From Chloroflexota bacterium (GTDB taxonomy: Bacteria; Chloroflexota; Limnocylindria; Limnocylindrales; CSP1-4), in contig PMXR01000109.1 in the NCBI GenBank assembly GCA_003171035.1, forward strand, positions 29,019 to 93,018: DNA of 64,000 bases, written 5' to 3'. The notes beneath the pieces were generated by a model. The model was not told the origin of the DNA. It did not search any database and saw only the letters and a list, made by a program, of their open reading frames with translations. A program made the translations under genes and the position numbers. This document shows positions 35,734 to 44,677 of the stretch, piece by piece. Numbering within the stretch: the first letter of the stretch is position 1; each line of letters begins with the position of its first letter.

Positions 35734-37554
35734 GTGGCGCCGGGGCGGAAGCGCAAGAAGCCGGGCTCGCCGGCATCGAGCAAGAAGAAGTCTCGGGCCG
35801 TAGCGCCGGTTCCGGTTCCCGCCGCCAACGGGCAGGCTCCCGCCGAACGCGCCGGCTTGTCGGTGCCGCTCTCCCGAGTTCTGCCGCGAACCTTCCAGGG
35901 CCGCCTGACCCTGGCTTTCGTTCTCGTGTTCCTGCTCGCGGTCGGCATCGTCTCGGCCGTCACGCTGGTCGTGCTGAACGACAACCTGCGTCAGCAGGAA
36001 CAGGCCAACCTCGGGGCGCGAGCCAACGCCGTGGCCGAAGTGGTCAGGGTCCAGGCCGAAAGCGCCGTCGCCGACGATCCGGCCAACACCACGGTCGTGT
36101 CCGGTAGCGACATCCTGAACCCGAGCGTCATCGCGGCCATCGGCGACGACGCCACGCTTAGCGACTACGCCAACAACGTGGCCCAGGCCGATCTACGGCT
36201 TCGCTTTGGCCTCGGGTCCGACACGTCGCGCGGCTTCACGCTGGTCCCGACGTCTCCCGACTCCGCGTTCAGCGCGCGACTGACCGCCCTGCCCAAGATC
36301 GGCCAGGCGCGCGACACGGTCAGCTACACCCAGGTCTTCCGGTTCGAGGATCCCACCGGCGTCAGCCCAACCTGGTATCTCGAGGTCAACCTCTCGGCGC
36401 CGTATACGACGCGCAGCAGCACCATCAGAAACGTCGTCGGGTTCCTGTTCATCACCGTGGCCGTCGCATTGGCGTTGGCGATCGTGGTGTCGGCGATGCT
36501 GGCGCGCCGCTTCACCAAGCCGCTCCGAAGGTTGACCGACGCCGCCCGGGCGCTGGCCGGCGGCGACCTGACGCGCCGGGTTCCGGCCGATAGAGCGCGT
36601 TCCGGCGGGCTGGAGATAGCCGAGTTGTCGCGGCAGTTCAACACCATGGCCGATCAAGTCGAGGAGACGCTCGAGGAGATCCGCCAGGACCGCGACCGTG
36701 GCCGCGAGTTCATGGCCGATGTCTCGCACGAGCTTCGGACGCCGCTGGCGGCGCTGCGCACGTTCAACGAGCTGCTTCAGGAGAAGGCCGGCGACGACGT
36801 CGCGGCTCGAACCGAATTCCTCGAAGCCAGCGCCCAGCAGATCGAAAGGCTCGACTGGCTGGCCCAGAACCTGCTCGAACTCTCCAAGCTCGACTCGGGG
36901 CTGATCCGGCTGGACCTGCGACCGGACGACCTACGGACGACGATCCTGTCGGCGATCGAGCAGGCCGGCGTCTCGGCCCAGCGGCGCGGCCTCAGCCTCA
37001 CGTCCGAACTGCCCGAAGAACCGCTGGTCACGCGGCACGACCCGCAGCGGCTCGGCCAGGTCCTGACGAATCTGATCGGCAACTCGCTGAAGTTCACGCC
37101 GCGTGGCGGGTCGGTGAAGGTGGCCCTGACGCCGAGCGGCCGCGGGGCGCGGATCCAGGTCATCGACACCGGCGTCGGGATCGAGGCGGCCGAATTGCCC
37201 CACATCTTCGACCGCTTCTATCGCGGCTCGCGCGCCAACGAGGCTCGGGGCAGCGGCAGTGGACTCGGTCTGGCGATCGTGCGCTCGGTCGTGGAGATGC
37301 ACGGCGGCCGCGTCATGGTCGAGAGCCGGGTCGGCAACGGGTCGATATTCACCGTCACTCTCCCGGCCGATCCGCGCCAGTCGGCGGACGCGGTGGCCAC
37401 GGGCGCCGTTTTGCCCGCGCCGGGGTTGGTTGCGGCGTCGTCCGCGGCGGCGCCGGTTTCGCCCGCACCGGGGTCGGTCGCGGCGGCGCCGGCAGTGGCG
37501 ACGCCGGTTTCGCCGGCGCCGACTCAGCCTTCAACGCCCGACGACTCCAAGTGA
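35734..37554 (+). CDS. sensor histidine kinase (HAMP-HisKA-HATPase; MprB/CseC-like)
   Basis: Two TM helices, a HAMP linker, an H-box (ADVSHELRTPLAAL), and N/G1/G2 boxes (IGNSLKF..., IDTGVGI, GSGLGLAI). Confidence 0.8.
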   Translation: MAPGRKRKKPGSPASSKKKSRAVAPVPVPAANGQAPAERAGLSVPLSRVLPRTFQGRLTLAFVLVFLLAVGIVSAVTLVVLNDNLRQQEQANLGARANAVAEVVRVQAESAVADDPANTTVVSGSDILNPSVIAAIGDDATLSDYANNVAQADLRLRFGLGSDTSRGFTLVPTSPDSAFSARLTALPKIGQARDTVSYTQVFRFEDPTGVSPTWYLEVNLSAPYTTRSSTIRNVVGFLFITVAVALALAIVVSAMLARRFTKPLRRLTDAARALAGGDLTRRVPADRARSGGLEIAELSRQFNTMADQVEETLEEIRQDRDRGREFMADVSHELRTPLAALRTFNELLQEKAGDDVAARTEFLEASAQQIERLDWLAQNLLELSKLDSGLIRLDLRPDDLRTTILSAIEQAGVSAQRRGLSLTSELPEEPLVTRHDPQRLGQVLTNLIGNSLKFTPRGGSVKVALTPSGRGARIQVIDTGVGIEAAELPHIFDRFYRGSRANEARGSGSGLGLAIVRSVVEMHGGRVMVESRVGNGSIFTVTLPADPRQSADAVATGAVLPAPGLVAASSAAAPVSPAPGSVAAAPAVATPVSPAPTQPSTPDDSK

Positions 37555-37680
37555 GCCGGCCCAGGCGGTGACGGAATCTTCACCGTCCGGCCTCTGGAAC
37601 GGCAACGTGACTAACCGCAAGCTTCCAGACGTTGCCGCGTTCGCGCCTGCCGGCAAGCCTTCAGGCGCGAAACTCCGTAT

Positions 37681-39009
37681 TTGCCTAGCATTGGCCACCG
37701 CATGTCCGACCCCACTTCCGAATCGCAGCGGTACGAGCCGCAACCGGTCGACCGCCATCACCGCATGGCGGAGTTCGGTGGTGGGCAGTTTCCGGGCCAG
37801 ACGGCGACTCCGGAACGCTGGCTCCAGCCATTCCCCGAGCTTCCGGCCCAGCCCGGCTGGAGCCCCGCGCCGCCGGCGAGCCGTGGCATCAGCCGCAGAT
37901 TCGCCGCCGTCTTGTTCGCCACATCGCTGATCGGTGCCATCGCGGGCTCCGGCGGCGTCTACGCGGCGTTGCGAGCGTCCGGCGCATTCAACGCAGCGAC
38001 GCCTTCACCGCGACCCGCGAACGGCACCACCGTTTCTGTCCAGTCGGATGACTCGACCGTCATAGCCGCCGTCACCCTGGTCGGCCCGGCGGTGGTCGCC
38101 GTCAGCACCACTTACGGGTCGGGCTCGTCGTTCGTTGGCGCCGGCGTCATCTACGACAGGCGCGGCTGGATCCTCACCAACAGGCACGTCGTCGAAGGCG
38201 CCACGTCGATCACGATCCACATCTCCGACGGACGCGAAGCCGCCGGCAAGGTCTACGGCCTCGACAGCCTCACCGATCTGGCGGTCGTGAAAGTCGACGG
38301 CCTGGCCGGACTGACCGTGGCCCCGATCGGCTCGTCGGCGTCCATCCAGGTCGGCCAGCTCGCGATCGCCATCGGCGACCCCCTCGGGCTCAACTACCCC
38401 AACAGCGTCACGACCGGCATCGTGTCCGCGCTGGGTCGCGATCTGGTCGTTACGGGCAGCGACGCCACCTCGACTTCCACGCTGCACGACCTGATCCAGA
38501 CCGACGCAGCGATCAACGCCGGCAACAGCGGCGGGCCGCTCATCGACGCCTCCGGCCGCGTCGTCGGCATCGCCACGGCCGAGAACCAGGTGGGCCAGGG
38601 GATCGGCTTCGCGGTCCCGATCGACATCGCCAAGCCGATCATGCAGCAGGCCCTGGCCGGCGAGAAGCTGTCGCGGCCGTTCATCGGCGTCTCGTACCTG
38701 ATGATCGATCCCGGCGTGAAGCAGCAGTACAAGCTGCCGCTCAACGACGGGGCGTGGGTCCACACGGAGGACGCGACCGGCAACTCGATCGAGGCCGTCG
38801 TCGCGGGCAGTCCCGGGTCCAAGGCCGGCATCAAGACCGGCGACATCATCACCGAGGTCGAGGGCCAGGCCATCACGGGCAGCAACCCGCTGCAGGACGT
38901 TCTGGTCCAGTACTCCCCCGGCCGAACGGTCAGCCTGCGGGTCTACCGTGCCGGCAAGTACCTGACGTTCATGGTCTCCCTGGGGATCCGGCCGGAAGCG
39001 GCGAGCTAG
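37681..39009 (+). CDS. S1C (HtrA/DegP/PepD-like) serine protease with a PDZ domain
   Basis: Catalytic-triad context (TNRHVV, DLAVVKV, GNSGGPL) and a C-terminal PDZ region (GSPGSKAGIKTGDIITEVEG). Confidence 0.8.
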   Translation: MPSIGHRMSDPTSESQRYEPQPVDRHHRMAEFGGGQFPGQTATPERWLQPFPELPAQPGWSPAPPASRGISRRFAAVLFATSLIGAIAGSGGVYAALRASGAFNAATPSPRPANGTTVSVQSDDSTVIAAVTLVGPAVVAVSTTYGSGSSFVGAGVIYDRRGWILTNRHVVEGATSITIHISDGREAAGKVYGLDSLTDLAVVKVDGLAGLTVAPIGSSASIQVGQLAIAIGDPLGLNYPNSVTTGIVSALGRDLVVTGSDATSTSTLHDLIQTDAAINAGNSGGPLIDASGRVVGIATAENQVGQGIGFAVPIDIAKPIMQQALAGEKLSRPFIGVSYLMIDPGVKQQYKLPLNDGAWVHTEDATGNSIEAVVAGSPGSKAGIKTGDIITEVEGQAITGSNPLQDVLVQYSPGRTVSLRVYRAGKYLTFMVSLGIRPEAAS

Positions 39010-39278
39010 CTAAGTCGCGAACCGCCGACGCGGGCCGATTTGGCTGCCGGCGGGATCCAGCCATCCCGCTCTGGTCCCGTCCCGCGCCACACGCCCCGCG
39101 CCCGCTCACGTACCGCCGGTGGTCGCGCCCGCGGGCGGCTTCGCCACGCACGGCCTCTTGGATGGACGCTCCCCGCCGTTTCTTCCTTGTACTCCCCACA
39201 CGAGTGTTTTGGAAGCGCCGTCGGCACCCCGGCGGGGTGGCAGGCCAGCCGGAGGTTCCTCGCAGGCAGAATCGGGCC

Positions 39279-39305
39279 CGAAACGGGGTCCTATGCCCCG
39301 TTTCG
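39279..39305. terminator. perfect 10-bp-stem hairpin in a convergent intergenic region (candidate bidirectional factor-independent terminator)
   Basis: The sequence is cgaaacgggg-tcctatg-ccccgtttcg. It sits between the HtrA gene (+) and the 3' end of the fol operon (-). Confidence 0.35.
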
Positions 39306-39487
39306 CGGCCCTGACGAGCCCTCTCGTGGCCGAATCGGCCGATTCTGCGACGGCCGCACCCATCAAGTTTCATAGCACTCGCCCGGGGAGTAGAAGGGAA
39401 TCGCGGCGCGGTGCTGCGCCGGGCCACGCCCGCGCCCCGCGCCCCGTGCTCGTACGCGTCGGCGACTGGAACCCCAGCCGCCGCAGT

Positions 39488-39862
39488 TCAACGGCCCCGG
39501 TGACGCGTGATTTCGACGGCCGCCGAATCCAGGTCGCCGGGCAGCATGACCGCGGGCTTGCGGATGCGCACGACGACCTCGGAAACGGCCACCTGCTCGT
39601 ACGCGGCCAGCAGGCGGGCGGCGATCTTCTCGGCGAGGGTCTCGATCAGCTGGCAGGACGGGCCCTCGATCGTGTCGCGGCAGATTTCGAAGGCCTGACG
39701 GTAGTCGGCGGTCCTGGATAGATCGTCGGTCTGGCCGGCGGGCGCGAGGTCGAGATGTAGCTCGACATCGACTTCGAACGGCTGCGGCGCAACATGCTCT
39801 TCCTCCAGGACGCCGTGCGTGCCCTCGAATTGCATGTTGGTCAGGACGATCCGATCGGTCAC
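39488..39862 (-). CDS. folB: dihydroneopterin aldolase
   Basis: VTDRIVLTNMQFEGTHGVLEEEHVAPQPFEVDVELHLD is the FolB signature. Its GTG start overlaps the folP stop as GTGA. Confidence 0.7.
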   Translation of the reverse strand: MTDRIVLTNMQFEGTHGVLEEEHVAPQPFEVDVELHLDLAPAGQTDDLSRTADYRQAFEICRDTIEGPSCQLIETLAEKIAARLLAAYEQVAVSEVVVRIRKPAVMLPGDLDSAAVEITRHRGR

Positions 39863-40830
39863 AGGTTGTCCCCCCGGCTGATGCCGTCGGCGACTAGCGC
39901 GGCGCGCACGTTGGCCAAAACGTCGTGGACGCGGACGATGTCGACACCCGCGGCGATGCCGATGGCGGTGGTCGCGAGCGTGCCTTCGAGCCGCTCTTCC
40001 GGCGGCAAGCCACCGAGCACGCGGCCGATGGTCGACTTGCGCGACGTGCCGAGCAGGACCGGCTGGCCGAGCCCACGCAACCGAGCCAGCTCGCGCATGA
40101 CGATGAGGTTGTGGGCCGGCGTCTTCCCGAACCCGAAACCGGGGTCGAGGATGACGTTTTGTCGCGGGACTCCGGCGGCGATCGCCCGAGCCAGCGCCGC
40201 ACGCATGTCGGCCATGAACTCGGCCACGAAGTCGCGGTATTCGGGCGTGGCGCGGTTGTGCATCAGGATGATCGGGACCTGGCGAGCGGCGGCGAGGCGG
40301 CACATGGCGTCGTCGGGCGAGACACCCCAGACGTCGTTGATGAGCGAGGCGCCGGCGTCGATGGCGGCCGCGGCCACGGCCGGCTTGGACGAGTCGATGC
40401 TGATCGGCACGTCGGGCAGCGCGGCGTGGATGGAGGCGATAACCGGAACCACCCGCCCCGCTTCCTCATCCTCGGCCACCGGCTCGTGGCCGGGTCGGGT
40501 GGATTCGCCACCGACGTCGAGGATGTCGGCGCCTTCGTCGACCATGCGGCGGGCCTGGGCAACGGCGGCAGCGAGGGCATCGGCGGCGCGCGCCACGGAT
40601 GCGCGGGCGCCGGTGGCGCCGGCGCTGGTCGTGGGGCCGGCGGCGGTCGCCAGCAACCCGTCGCCCGAGAACGAGTCGGGGGTCACGTTGACGATGCCCA
40701 TGACGTAGGTGCGGCTGCCCCACTCGAAGAGCCGCGGCCCGATCTGGGTGGGCGGCAGCGGCTCCGGCGCAGAGGCCGAGCGGCGATGCTGATCGGAAGC
40801 CGAGCGGCGATGCTGGTCGGCAGTCGTCAC
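39859..40830 (-). CDS. folP: dihydropteroate synthase
   Basis: VMGIVNVTPDSFSGDG ... DILDVGGESTRPG ... LMHNR ... GFGFGKT ... GTSRKS are the DHPS motifs. The GTG start at 40830 overlaps the folC stop; the start is uncertain. The N-terminus contains a 24-bp tandem duplication. Confidence 0.8.
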   Translation of the reverse strand: MTTADQHRRSASDQHRRSASAPEPLPPTQIGPRLFEWGSRTYVMGIVNVTPDSFSGDGLLATAAGPTTSAGATGARASVARAADALAAAVAQARRMVDEGADILDVGGESTRPGHEPVAEDEEAGRVVPVIASIHAALPDVPISIDSSKPAVAAAAIDAGASLINDVWGVSPDDAMCRLAAARQVPIILMHNRATPEYRDFVAEFMADMRAALARAIAAGVPRQNVILDPGFGFGKTPAHNLIVMRELARLRGLGQPVLLGTSRKSTIGRVLGGLPPEERLEGTLATTAIGIAAGVDIVRVHDVLANVRAALVADGISRGDNL

Positions 40831-42185
40831 GGCAGTCCCTCGCGGTGCGATACGGGCGGGTCCGGCTCGAGCAACGGATCCGACACGAGTATCCCTCGCG
40901 CGGCGCCGACCAGGTAGAGGGAACCGGCGACGACGATCGGGCCGGAGCCACTCCCCGAGGACGTGGCCGCGTCCAGCGCCGCGGCCGGCTCCGCGACCGC
41001 CTCCGCGGGCCAGCCCGCCAGCGACTCCCACCGCGCTGCCAGCAGGTCAGCCGCCATCGCGCGGCCGCCCGCAGGAGAGGTGCAGATGACACGGGCCCCG
41101 CGCAGGTACGTCGACGCCGCCAGCGCGCCGATCACGCCATCCACGTCCTTGTCAGCCATGATCGCCAGAACGAGGGTCGGGCGGCCGGGGCGGAGCAGCG
41201 GAGCCATGTCGTCGAGCGCTTCGGCGAGGGTCGCGGCCCCGGCCGGGTTGTGGGCGCCGTCGAGCAGGATCTCGCGGCCGGCGGCAACGACGAGTTCCAG
41301 CCGCCCCGGCCAACGAACCGCCCCGTACCCGGCCCGCCGCCACTCCCCGGCGACTCGGGCAATCCCCGCCGCCTCGAGAGCGTCCAGCGCCGCGTCGGCG
41401 ACCGCCACGTTCGCCGCCTGGTGGCGGCCACGCAGCCCGACGCGAACCCGTCCCAGCCGCCCCAACTCGACTTCGATCCCGTCACGATCGGCAGCGAGAA
41501 GCTGCGCCGGCGGCGTCACAGTCAGCGGAGCCCGGACTCCCCGGCTTCGGCGCTCGATCACTTCGAGCGCCGAACCTCGAGCACCCGTCACCGCCAGGTC
41601 GCCGCGCATGATGATCGCGGCCTTCTCCTTGGCGATCGCTTCGATCGTGGAACCGAGCCGGTCCATGTGGTCCAGCGAGATGTTCGTGATAACGGCCACG
41701 CCGCCGTCCCAGGCATGAGTGGCGTCGAGCCGGCCGCCCAGCCCAACCTCGACGACCGCCAGATCGAGCCCAACCTCCGCGAACCACAGGAACGTGATCG
41801 CGGTCAGGAGCTCGAACTCGGTGGGATCGCCGTGGCGGCGGGCGATCTTGTCGGCCGCGGCCAGGACGTCGCTCGCGAGTCTGGCGAAGGTTTCGGGGTC
41901 GACCGGCTTGCCGCCGATCTGGAGCCGCTCTCGATACGTGACCAGGTGCGGCTTGGGCGTCAGGCCGACCTTGTAACCGGCCGCGGTCAGAGCCGAGCCC
42001 ATAAGTGCCAGCACGCTGCCCTTGCCGTTCGTGCCCGCGATCAGCGCGCCGCGGAACGACCGCTCCGGATGATCGAGTCGGGCGAGGAGAGCGTTGGTTC
42101 GGCCGAGCCCGAGCCGAATCCCGAATCGGCCGCGAGAAGCCAGTTCCGCGAGAGCTTGCGCGTAGGTCAGCCGGTCCGAAGTCAA
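40827..42185 (-). CDS. folC: bifunctional folylpolyglutamate synthase / dihydrofolate synthase
   Basis: Mur-ligase-family P-loop (IAGTNGKGSV) and the FolC domain order. Lies immediately upstream of folP. Confidence 0.8.
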   Translation of the reverse strand: MTSDRLTYAQALAELASRGRFGIRLGLGRTNALLARLDHPERSFRGALIAGTNGKGSVLALMGSALTAAGYKVGLTPKPHLVTYRERLQIGGKPVDPETFARLASDVLAAADKIARRHGDPTEFELLTAITFLWFAEVGLDLAVVEVGLGGRLDATHAWDGGVAVITNISLDHMDRLGSTIEAIAKEKAAIIMRGDLAVTGARGSALEVIERRSRGVRAPLTVTPPAQLLAADRDGIEVELGRLGRVRVGLRGRHQAANVAVADAALDALEAAGIARVAGEWRRAGYGAVRWPGRLELVVAAGREILLDGAHNPAGAATLAEALDDMAPLLRPGRPTLVLAIMADKDVDGVIGALAASTYLRGARVICTSPAGGRAMAADLLAARWESLAGWPAEAVAEPAAALDAATSSGSGSGPIVVAGSLYLVGAARGILVSDPLLEPDPPVSHREGLP

Positions 42186-42727
42186 TCCTTCGTCAGATCG
42201 TCTTCATAGAAGACGCACTGATTGAAGCGCGGCGTCAGGCAGACGTCGTTGACGTAGCCCTGCTCAAGATGGACGCCGCCGCGGAGCTGGCAGCGGGAAA
42301 CGTTCTGCTCCTGGCGGATCAGCGCCTTTAGCAGATGCGGCGCCTGGATCGGGATGGCACCGCGGCTGCCGGTCATGTAGAAGTGCGGGCAGACGTTGCG
42401 GCGCAGGCTCGGAAGACCAAAGCCGCCACGGGGCAGCGGCATCGTCGGGTAGCGCTGCGAACCAGGCTCGGCATGGGTGATCACCGGCATGCGCGGAGCG
42501 GTCGGGGTCGTGACCCGGCCGGCAGGCCGCGGATAGCCGGCAGGCCGCGGATAGCCGGCAGGCCGCGGATAGCCGGCAGGCCGCACGTAGCCGGCAGGCT
42601 GCACATACGAGGGCCGCATCCCGGGCCGCAGGCCGGGATTGTGGCCCGGGCCGCCATCGGGGCTTCGGGGCCGATCTGGCTTAGGGTCGCGTGCCTGCAC
42701 TGTCGCCTCGAACCGAAGCGGACGCAC
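42182..42727 (-). CDS. hypothetical Cys-containing protein with an N-terminal PAGYPR tandem repeat
   Basis: 181-aa ORF whose stop overlaps the folC start as ATGA. An 18-bp DNA repeat encodes (PAGYPR)x4. The C-terminal 100 aa are non-repetitive and carry 4 Cys. Confidence 0.3.
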   Translation of the reverse strand: MRPLRFEATVQARDPKPDRPRSPDGGPGHNPGLRPGMRPSYVQPAGYVRPAGYPRPAGYPRPAGYPRPAGRVTTPTAPRMPVITHAEPGSQRYPTMPLPRGGFGLPSLRRNVCPHFYMTGSRGAIPIQAPHLLKALIRQEQNVSRCQLRGGVHLEQGYVNDVCLTPRFNQCVFYEDDLTKD

Positions 42728-42826
42728 CTGAACGTCCGCTTTCTATAGCAGAGTACATCGATCCGCCCGCTGCGCGCATGACAACGGTGCGGCAGGTTGG
42801 TTCGTCCTACTCCCGAGTAGTCGGCA

Positions 42827-44107
42827 TTGTTTCGGTCGGCAACAGTATTTCCGGGCATCGTGGACGATGTCCGGTGCGGCAGTGATGCGACAATACCGAG
42901 GATGCGAATGCGAGAACGACGAGCCGCTCAGGTCAGGCCCCGGCCGCCAGCCAGCGACCGATTGCCGACACACGCCGTCCGAGCATCCGCTCCGCCGACC
43001 GACATCCTGCGCAAGTACAGCCGGAGTCAGCCCGGGCCCCGCGCCTCCGGTCCGACGGCCATGGTCATCGTCGTCTTCTGCATCGTGGCCGGGCTGGTGA
43101 CGATCACCATCGGCCCGCGTCTGATCGGCGACTTCGCCAGCGGGGTCGCCGGGGCGTTCGGCAATTCCATCAACCGGTTGACGTCGCAGAACCCGGCCAC
43201 GGCCGCACCGTCCGGTGCGCAGCTCGACACGCCGGTGATCAACGAGCCGGGTACCGGGGGCTACACGGCTCAGGCATCGATACCGCTGCAGGGCAGCGTG
43301 CCCGCCTCCGTCGTGGGCAAGTCCGGGTACGAGGTCAACATCTATGCCGTGCTCAACGGAGGAGGGTCGCGCAGGGTGGCGAGCGTTTCGGTCGGCGGCA
43401 CGACCCAGTTCATCACTTCTCCGATCACGCTAACGGAGGGCAGAAACAACTTCGTGGCCCGCCTCCAGGGCCCCAATGGCGAAGGGGTGCCGTCACCCGT
43501 GGTCACCTTGATCCTGGACACGATCGCACCCAAGCTCACGATCTCGTCGCCCTCCAAGGACGCGAAGGTGAGCGCTTCCACAGTCGACATACTCGGCAGC
43601 AGCGAGGCGGGAGCGACGGTGGCCGTTCGCAACGAACAGGCCCCGGGCGGTTCGCTTAACGAGACCACTGTCGGCGCCGACGGCCACTACAGCCTCACGG
43701 TTACGGTCGTGGCCGGCTCGAACACGATCGACCTCACGGCGACCGACCAGGCCGGCAACGTATCGACGACCGGCGTCACCGTGACCCGCTCCTACGGCCA
43801 GCTCGCGGCCCATCTCTCGGTATCGCCGAGCAAGTTCCCATCCACTTCCCACACCACTCTGAAGCTGACGACGCTCGCCACTTCGTACGGTGGGTCGCCG
43901 CTGGCAGGGGCTTCGGTGACGTTCACGATCTTGATCTATGGCCTTGCGCCGATTGTCTCGCCGGTACTGACGACCGATTCCAAGGGCGTCGCGACCTGGC
44001 AGTACGTCATCACGGGCGCAACCGCGGGGTCCGGCCGGGCCAACGTTCTGGTGACGTCGCCACAGGGTGACGTGATCACCGCCACGTACGGCATAACCAC
44101 GACCTAG
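42827..44107 (+). CDS. hypothetical membrane-anchored protein with Ig-like beta-rich extracellular repeats
   Basis: TM helix MVIVVFCIVAGLVTITIG followed by Thr/Ser/Val-rich beta-strand repeats. The start may be the internal ATG at 43061. Confidence 0.35.
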   Translation: MFRSATVFPGIVDDVRCGSDATIPRMRMRERRAAQVRPRPPASDRLPTHAVRASAPPTDILRKYSRSQPGPRASGPTAMVIVVFCIVAGLVTITIGPRLIGDFASGVAGAFGNSINRLTSQNPATAAPSGAQLDTPVINEPGTGGYTAQASIPLQGSVPASVVGKSGYEVNIYAVLNGGGSRRVASVSVGGTTQFITSPITLTEGRNNFVARLQGPNGEGVPSPVVTLILDTIAPKLTISSPSKDAKVSASTVDILGSSEAGATVAVRNEQAPGGSLNETTVGADGHYSLTVTVVAGSNTIDLTATDQAGNVSTTGVTVTRSYGQLAAHLSVSPSKFPSTSHTTLKLTTLATSYGGSPLAGASVTFTILIYGLAPIVSPVLTTDSKGVATWQYVITGATAGSGRANVLVTSPQGDVITATYGITTT

Positions 44108-44149
44108 CCAGCTCTGGTCTGGCGGGGCCATCGCATCTACAATCGAGCC

Positions 44150-44611
44150 ATGGCCAGCTGGCGCTGTCCGCATTGCGATGCACCGCAGCCGGAAACGGCG
44201 CGATGCTGGGTTTGCCACCGCTCAACGACCTTGTGCGCCACCTGCCGCCACTTCCGTCGGGCCGTAGCCGTGAAGCTTGGCTACTGCGGCCTGGACAAGG
44301 GCCGCGTCCCACTCACCGGGTCCGAGGAACGTCCGTGCTGGGAGCGCCGGCCGGCAGAGCCGCGAGACGCGGTCCCGCCGTTGCCCGATGCCGGCGAGGG
44401 CATCTGGGGAGCGGGGGCGGACGGTCCGGAGCCGCCGGATCAGCCTCCGCCGAGCCTCGGGATGTGGGCCGAGCCGGATATCGACAGAGACGCGGAACCC
44501 GAACGCGATCCGCCCGGAGGTTCCATTCGGCCCCGGCCCTGGGGACCGGTTCCGGGCCACCGCGACGCCGCTGGGGGTCTTCGCGGCGGCAAGTGGCCGC
44601 GCCAGGGCTAG
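44150..44611 (+). CDS. hypothetical Cys-rich (zinc-ribbon-like) protein
   Basis: CPHCD...CWVCH...CATCRHF has three CxxC pairs in the first 35 aa. The rest is Pro/Asp/Glu-rich. Confidence 0.3.
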   Translation: MASWRCPHCDAPQPETARCWVCHRSTTLCATCRHFRRAVAVKLGYCGLDKGRVPLTGSEERPCWERRPAEPRDAVPPLPDAGEGIWGAGADGPEPPDQPPPSLGMWAEPDIDRDAEPERDPPGGSIRPRPWGPVPGHRDAAGGLRGGKWPRQG

Positions 44612-44677
44612 AACGAACGGGCTAGAACGCGAGAACGAACCGCCAGGGCTCGCGGGCAGGGGCTGGACCGCCGGGCG

